Origin: Lactobacillaceae bacterium
Lineage (GTDB): Bacteria > Bacillota > Bacilli > Lactobacillales > Lactobacillaceae
Assembly: GCA_031289615.1 (NCBI GenBank)
Contig: JAITPD010000033.1
Location: 12,123-76,122, forward strand
Reading direction: 5' to 3'
DNA: 64,000 nt
Position 1 is the stretch's first letter; each line of letters starts with the position of its first letter. The notes beneath the pieces are model-generated. The model ran no database searches. It worked only from the letters and a program-made list of their open reading frames with translations, and was not told the origin of the DNA. Position numbers and translations under genes: made by a program. Of this stretch, positions 63,669-64,000 are shown piece by piece.

Positions 63669-64000
63669 ATGAGCACAGACTTAACAGTTATGCCGCTTGG
63701 TGGAATGCGTGAAAATGGAAAAAACATGTATGCCATCACTGTCGGGGAAGATATTTTTGTTCTGGATGCAGGTTTAAAGTACCCAGAAAGTGATTTGCTT
63801 GGGGTTGATGTTGTCATCCCAGACTTTCAATATTTAGTTGATAACGCTGACAAGATTGCCGGAATCTTTTTGACACACGGGCACGCCGACGCAATTGGCG
63901 CATTGCCTTATTTGCTGAGTGAAATTTCAGCACCATTGTTTGGGTCAGAATTAACCATTGAATTGGCTAAGCTTGCAATTGAAGCAGAGCCAAGGACAAA
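63669..64000 (+). CDS. rnj: Ribonuclease J (metallo-beta-lactamase/beta-CASP), 3'-truncated by the window edge; J2-like motif
   Basis: Hand translation: MSTDLTVMPLGGMRENGKNMYAITVGEDIFVLDAGLKYPE..GVDVVIPDFQYL..IAGIFLTHGHADAIGALPYLL. The frame stays open to the window end, so it is absent from the ORF track. Confidence 0.85.
   Translation, partial: MSTDLTVMPLGGMRENGKNMYAITVGEDIFVLDAGLKYPESDLLGVDVVIPDFQYLVDNADKIAGIFLTHGHADAIGALPYLLSEISAPLFGSELTIELAKLAIEAEPRT

Overview
Chromosomal window from a low-GC Gram-positive bacterium. Gene content and order are Lactobacillales-like, and I cannot assign a genus by eye. Almost all genes are on the + strand. Layout: (1) 1 to ~4.9 kb is the right (late) end of a siphovirus-type prophage, with tail and host-recognition genes, an LL-H-type holin and an amidase endolysin. 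(2) 5.2-23.8 kb holds housekeeping genes: an XRE/TPR regulator, ECF S-component, GH73 muramidase, cold-shock protein, NUDIX hydrolase, mtnN, a dioxygenase/esterase pair, DegV, radC-mreB-mreC, TauE/DUF1634, lysine-riboswitch-controlled lysP, prmA and rsmE. (3) 24.0-41.0 kb is a complete division/cell-wall cluster (mraZ-rsmH-ftsL-pbp2B-mraY-murD-murG-divIB-ftsA-ftsZ-sepF-yggT-ylmH-divIVA) followed by T-box-controlled ileS. (4) 41.0-50.6 kb is an accessory island with no mobility genes. It carries a 1569-aa single-polypeptide Type ISP restriction-modification enzyme whose stop overlaps (ATGA) the start of a 958-aa KAP/YobI-type membrane P-loop NTPase, followed by three small orphan genes. (5) 50.7-61.4 kb is the type II fatty-acid synthesis cluster (fabZ1-fabT-fabH-acpP / fabK-fabD-fabG-fabF-accB-fabZ-accC-accD-accA). 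(6) An S9 peptidase and the 5' end of RNase J close the window. The most interesting signal is a perfect 11 x 7-nt microsatellite inside a Shine-Dalgarno-led mini-ORF just upstream of the Type ISP gene. One extra repeat unit would extend the mini-ORF to a TAA that abuts the ATG of the restriction gene, so I propose a phase-variable translational-coupling switch for the two-gene module. The second signal is a family of non-coding, nested-palindrome (MITE-like) elements present in four copies or fragments, whose arms carry paired substitutions. All family assignments come from motif recognition by eye; no database search was run.
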